Below are positions 34,394 to 35,747 of a stretch of 35,747 bases of DNA, piece by piece. The notes beneath the pieces are model-generated. The model saw nothing but the letters and a program-made list of their open reading frames with translations. It had not been told where the DNA came from and searched no databases. Position numbers and translations under genes: made by a program. This stretch comes from a virus. The DNA is taken from IMG/VR virus record IMGVR_UViG_3300044580_000486, one strand, 5' to 3'. Every line of letters begins with the position of its first letter. The first letter of the stretch is position 1.

Positions 34394-34885
34394 ATGATCC
34401 AAACGTTTATATTGGGGCTCTTAGTAATACTTTGCATTCTCTTAGTAGTATCTATATTTAAAAAACCCTTTGATTATACTCCGAGAAACCCATGCCGCTT
34501 TAAGATATTGGAGCCGCAATTTACTGTGGAAAATGGCAAAAAGAAGGCTTCTTTCATGATTTTAGTGGAGAAAAAGCATAGATATTTTATTAATTTTCCT
34601 TTGTCCTTTAAATTTTATTCTGAACAGGAATTTAAATCCCTTGTTAGAATTTATTATACAATCCCTAATTATCCAAAGCAAAAACTTTTAGAAAAATTTA
34701 TTGAATATACTTCTAAAAAAACAAAGGAACACATTGTTTATCTTACAGATGTCGTAGTGGGTAAAGTCATTATTGATATAGAACTTGAAATAGAAAATGG
34801 CAATCCTACTATATTGTTTCAGATTCTAGAAAATAGTACCTGTGATTTAACCAAGGATCAAAAATTAGAAATAAAGTTTCCGTAA
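34394..34885 (+). CDS. Hypothetical protein with N-terminal transmembrane anchor
   Basis: FILGLLVILCILLVVSIF hydrophobic stretch. Confidence 0.7.
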   Translation: MIQTFILGLLVILCILLVVSIFKKPFDYTPRNPCRFKILEPQFTVENGKKKASFMILVEKKHRYFINFPLSFKFYSEQEFKSLVRIYYTIPNYPKQKLLEKFIEYTSKKTKEHIVYLTDVVVGKVIIDIELEIENGNPTILFQILENSTCDLTKDQKLEIKFP

Positions 34886-34910
34886 ATTTTTTTACTAAGG
34901 ATATTTTTAG

Positions 34911-34918
34911 TATATTTG
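34911..34918 (+). promoter_or_regulatory. Bacteroidota-type -7 element
   Basis: TATATTTG 16 nt upstream of the ATG at 34935. Confidence 0.65.
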
Positions 34919-34934
34919 CATAAAGAATATTTTT

Positions 34935-35600
34935 ATGGAAGATACCAAATTATATCTAGATTCTTTGCAAACCGAATTAAAAAGATTGAAAGCTGAAACC
35001 CGACGTTTGAGAAGAAAAGCTGCTGCTGATAGGAAAAAAACTGAAGAAATAAAAGCTCAAATAGAAAAGGTTCAAGCTGAAAATCAGGAGCATCTAAAGA
35101 GATTAGGATGGACTAATTTAACCGAAGAAGAACTACTTTGGTTAAAAGACAATTATAATAAAGAGTGGCCATATTTTAAGCCAGCTGATGAAACTACTAT
35201 AAAGAAAAGATATGCTGAAAGACATAAGCAGACTTATGTTGAACCAGAACCGGATCCTAAATACAAGGGGTTCGAAGAATACAAATCATTAAATGCATGG
35301 GTAAATCCTTATGGAAAGTTTTATCCAGTAAATGGCTTTGCTTTGCATGATTCTTGGGCGTGGGACTGGTTAGAAAATGAATTTGGAAAACTGGAATCGG
35401 CTCAATTAGTATCTTCTAATCATGGCTCTGCTACTGAAACTTTGGAAAATATGGGATGGGTAAGAGTTATGACCTGGAATAATGTCGATACCAAATTTTC
35501 TTTTGCTTATGGACGAAAATTATCAAGGGATCAAAAGGATACGCTTCAATTATTCTGTTCTCTTCATAATTTACCAGTTCCTTTCGATACAACTTTTTAA
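34935..35600 (+). CDS. Hypothetical protein (N-terminal coiled coil; WVNPYG...H and LENMGWVRV motifs)
   Basis: 221-aa ORF between a promoter and a terminator. Confidence 0.75.
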   Translation: MEDTKLYLDSLQTELKRLKAETRRLRRKAAADRKKTEEIKAQIEKVQAENQEHLKRLGWTNLTEEELLWLKDNYNKEWPYFKPADETTIKKRYAERHKQTYVEPEPDPKYKGFEEYKSLNAWVNPYGKFYPVNGFALHDSWAWDWLENEFGKLESAQLVSSNHGSATETLENMGWVRVMTWNNVDTKFSFAYGRKLSRDQKDTLQLFCSLHNLPVPFDTTF

Positions 35601-35618
35601 CATTTCTTTAACATAAAA

Positions 35619-35652
35619 GATCCCCGGAATTTTTTTTCTTCGGGGATTTTTT
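35619..35652 (+). terminator. Intrinsic terminator
   Basis: GATCCCCGGA...TTCGGGGATT plus T-run. Confidence 0.7.
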
Positions 35653-35653
35653 G

Positions 35654-35661
35654 TATATTTG
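35654..35661 (+). promoter_or_regulatory. Bacteroidota-type -7 element
   Basis: TATATTTG 18 nt upstream of the ATG at 35680. Confidence 0.65.
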
Positions 35662-35679
35662 TCCCGTAAAAAGTTATCT

Positions 35680-35747
35680 ATGGAAAATATTCAGATACTC
35701 GAGGAAAAATATCTCAAAGCGAAAATAGCTTATTATGAAGGCTTCCC
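35680..35747 (+). CDS. NAD-dependent DNA ligase, N-terminal fragment (runs off the window)
   Basis: MENIQILEEKYLKAKIAYYEGFP resembles the LigA domain Ia start (AYY.G.P); only 22 codons are visible. Confidence 0.55.
   Translation, partial: MENIQILEEKYLKAKIAYYEGF

Noticed and set aside
1202-34402. Short antisense and alternate-frame ORFs in the supplied track (e.g. 1202-1405, 6809-7132, 13605-13973, 17359-17604, 18637-18924, 31169-31546)
   Set aside because: They lie wholly within well-supported genes and show shadow composition (Ser/Phe-rich mirrors of Glu/Lys codons)
1-35747. tRNA, rRNA or other structured ncRNA genes
   Set aside because: Intergenic gaps are short and explained by terminators and promoters; no cloverleaf or T-loop signature noticed by eye

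Overview
AT-rich, densely coded fragment of a large T4-like (jumbo or megaphage-type) dsDNA phage. I count 41 complete genes, one of which may be 5'-truncated, plus a 3'-truncated NAD-dependent ligase gene. All but one are on the + strand. Recognisable core genes are gp32 SSB, gp61 primase, UvsY, UvsW, the N-terminal half of a split family-B DNA polymerase, class II RNR (NrdJ), dUTPase and a GMP reductase/IMPDH-family enzyme. TATATTTG promoters, SD-less starts and a Bacteroidota-style secreted protein point to a Bacteroidota host (inference). The most striking unexplained structure is a shared peptide tag, [LIV]xE-S-x-N-F-E-R-G-x-D-P-K-x-S-M-x-I-G. It recurs every 121-148 aa inside two long ORFs (3578-6112, 29256-30857) and also starts several small stand-alone genes (ankyrin-like, unknown), whose related MRAKT/KLVKES N-termini are shared with a HAD phosphatase and others. 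This suggests a system of protease-processed polyproteins and tagged cargo proteins packaged into the capsid. Also notable are a cluster of three unrelated nucleotidyltransferase folds next to an Acb1-like 2H phosphoesterase, and a catalytically degenerate fused paralogue of two of them. All assignments come from motifs read by eye; no database searches were run.
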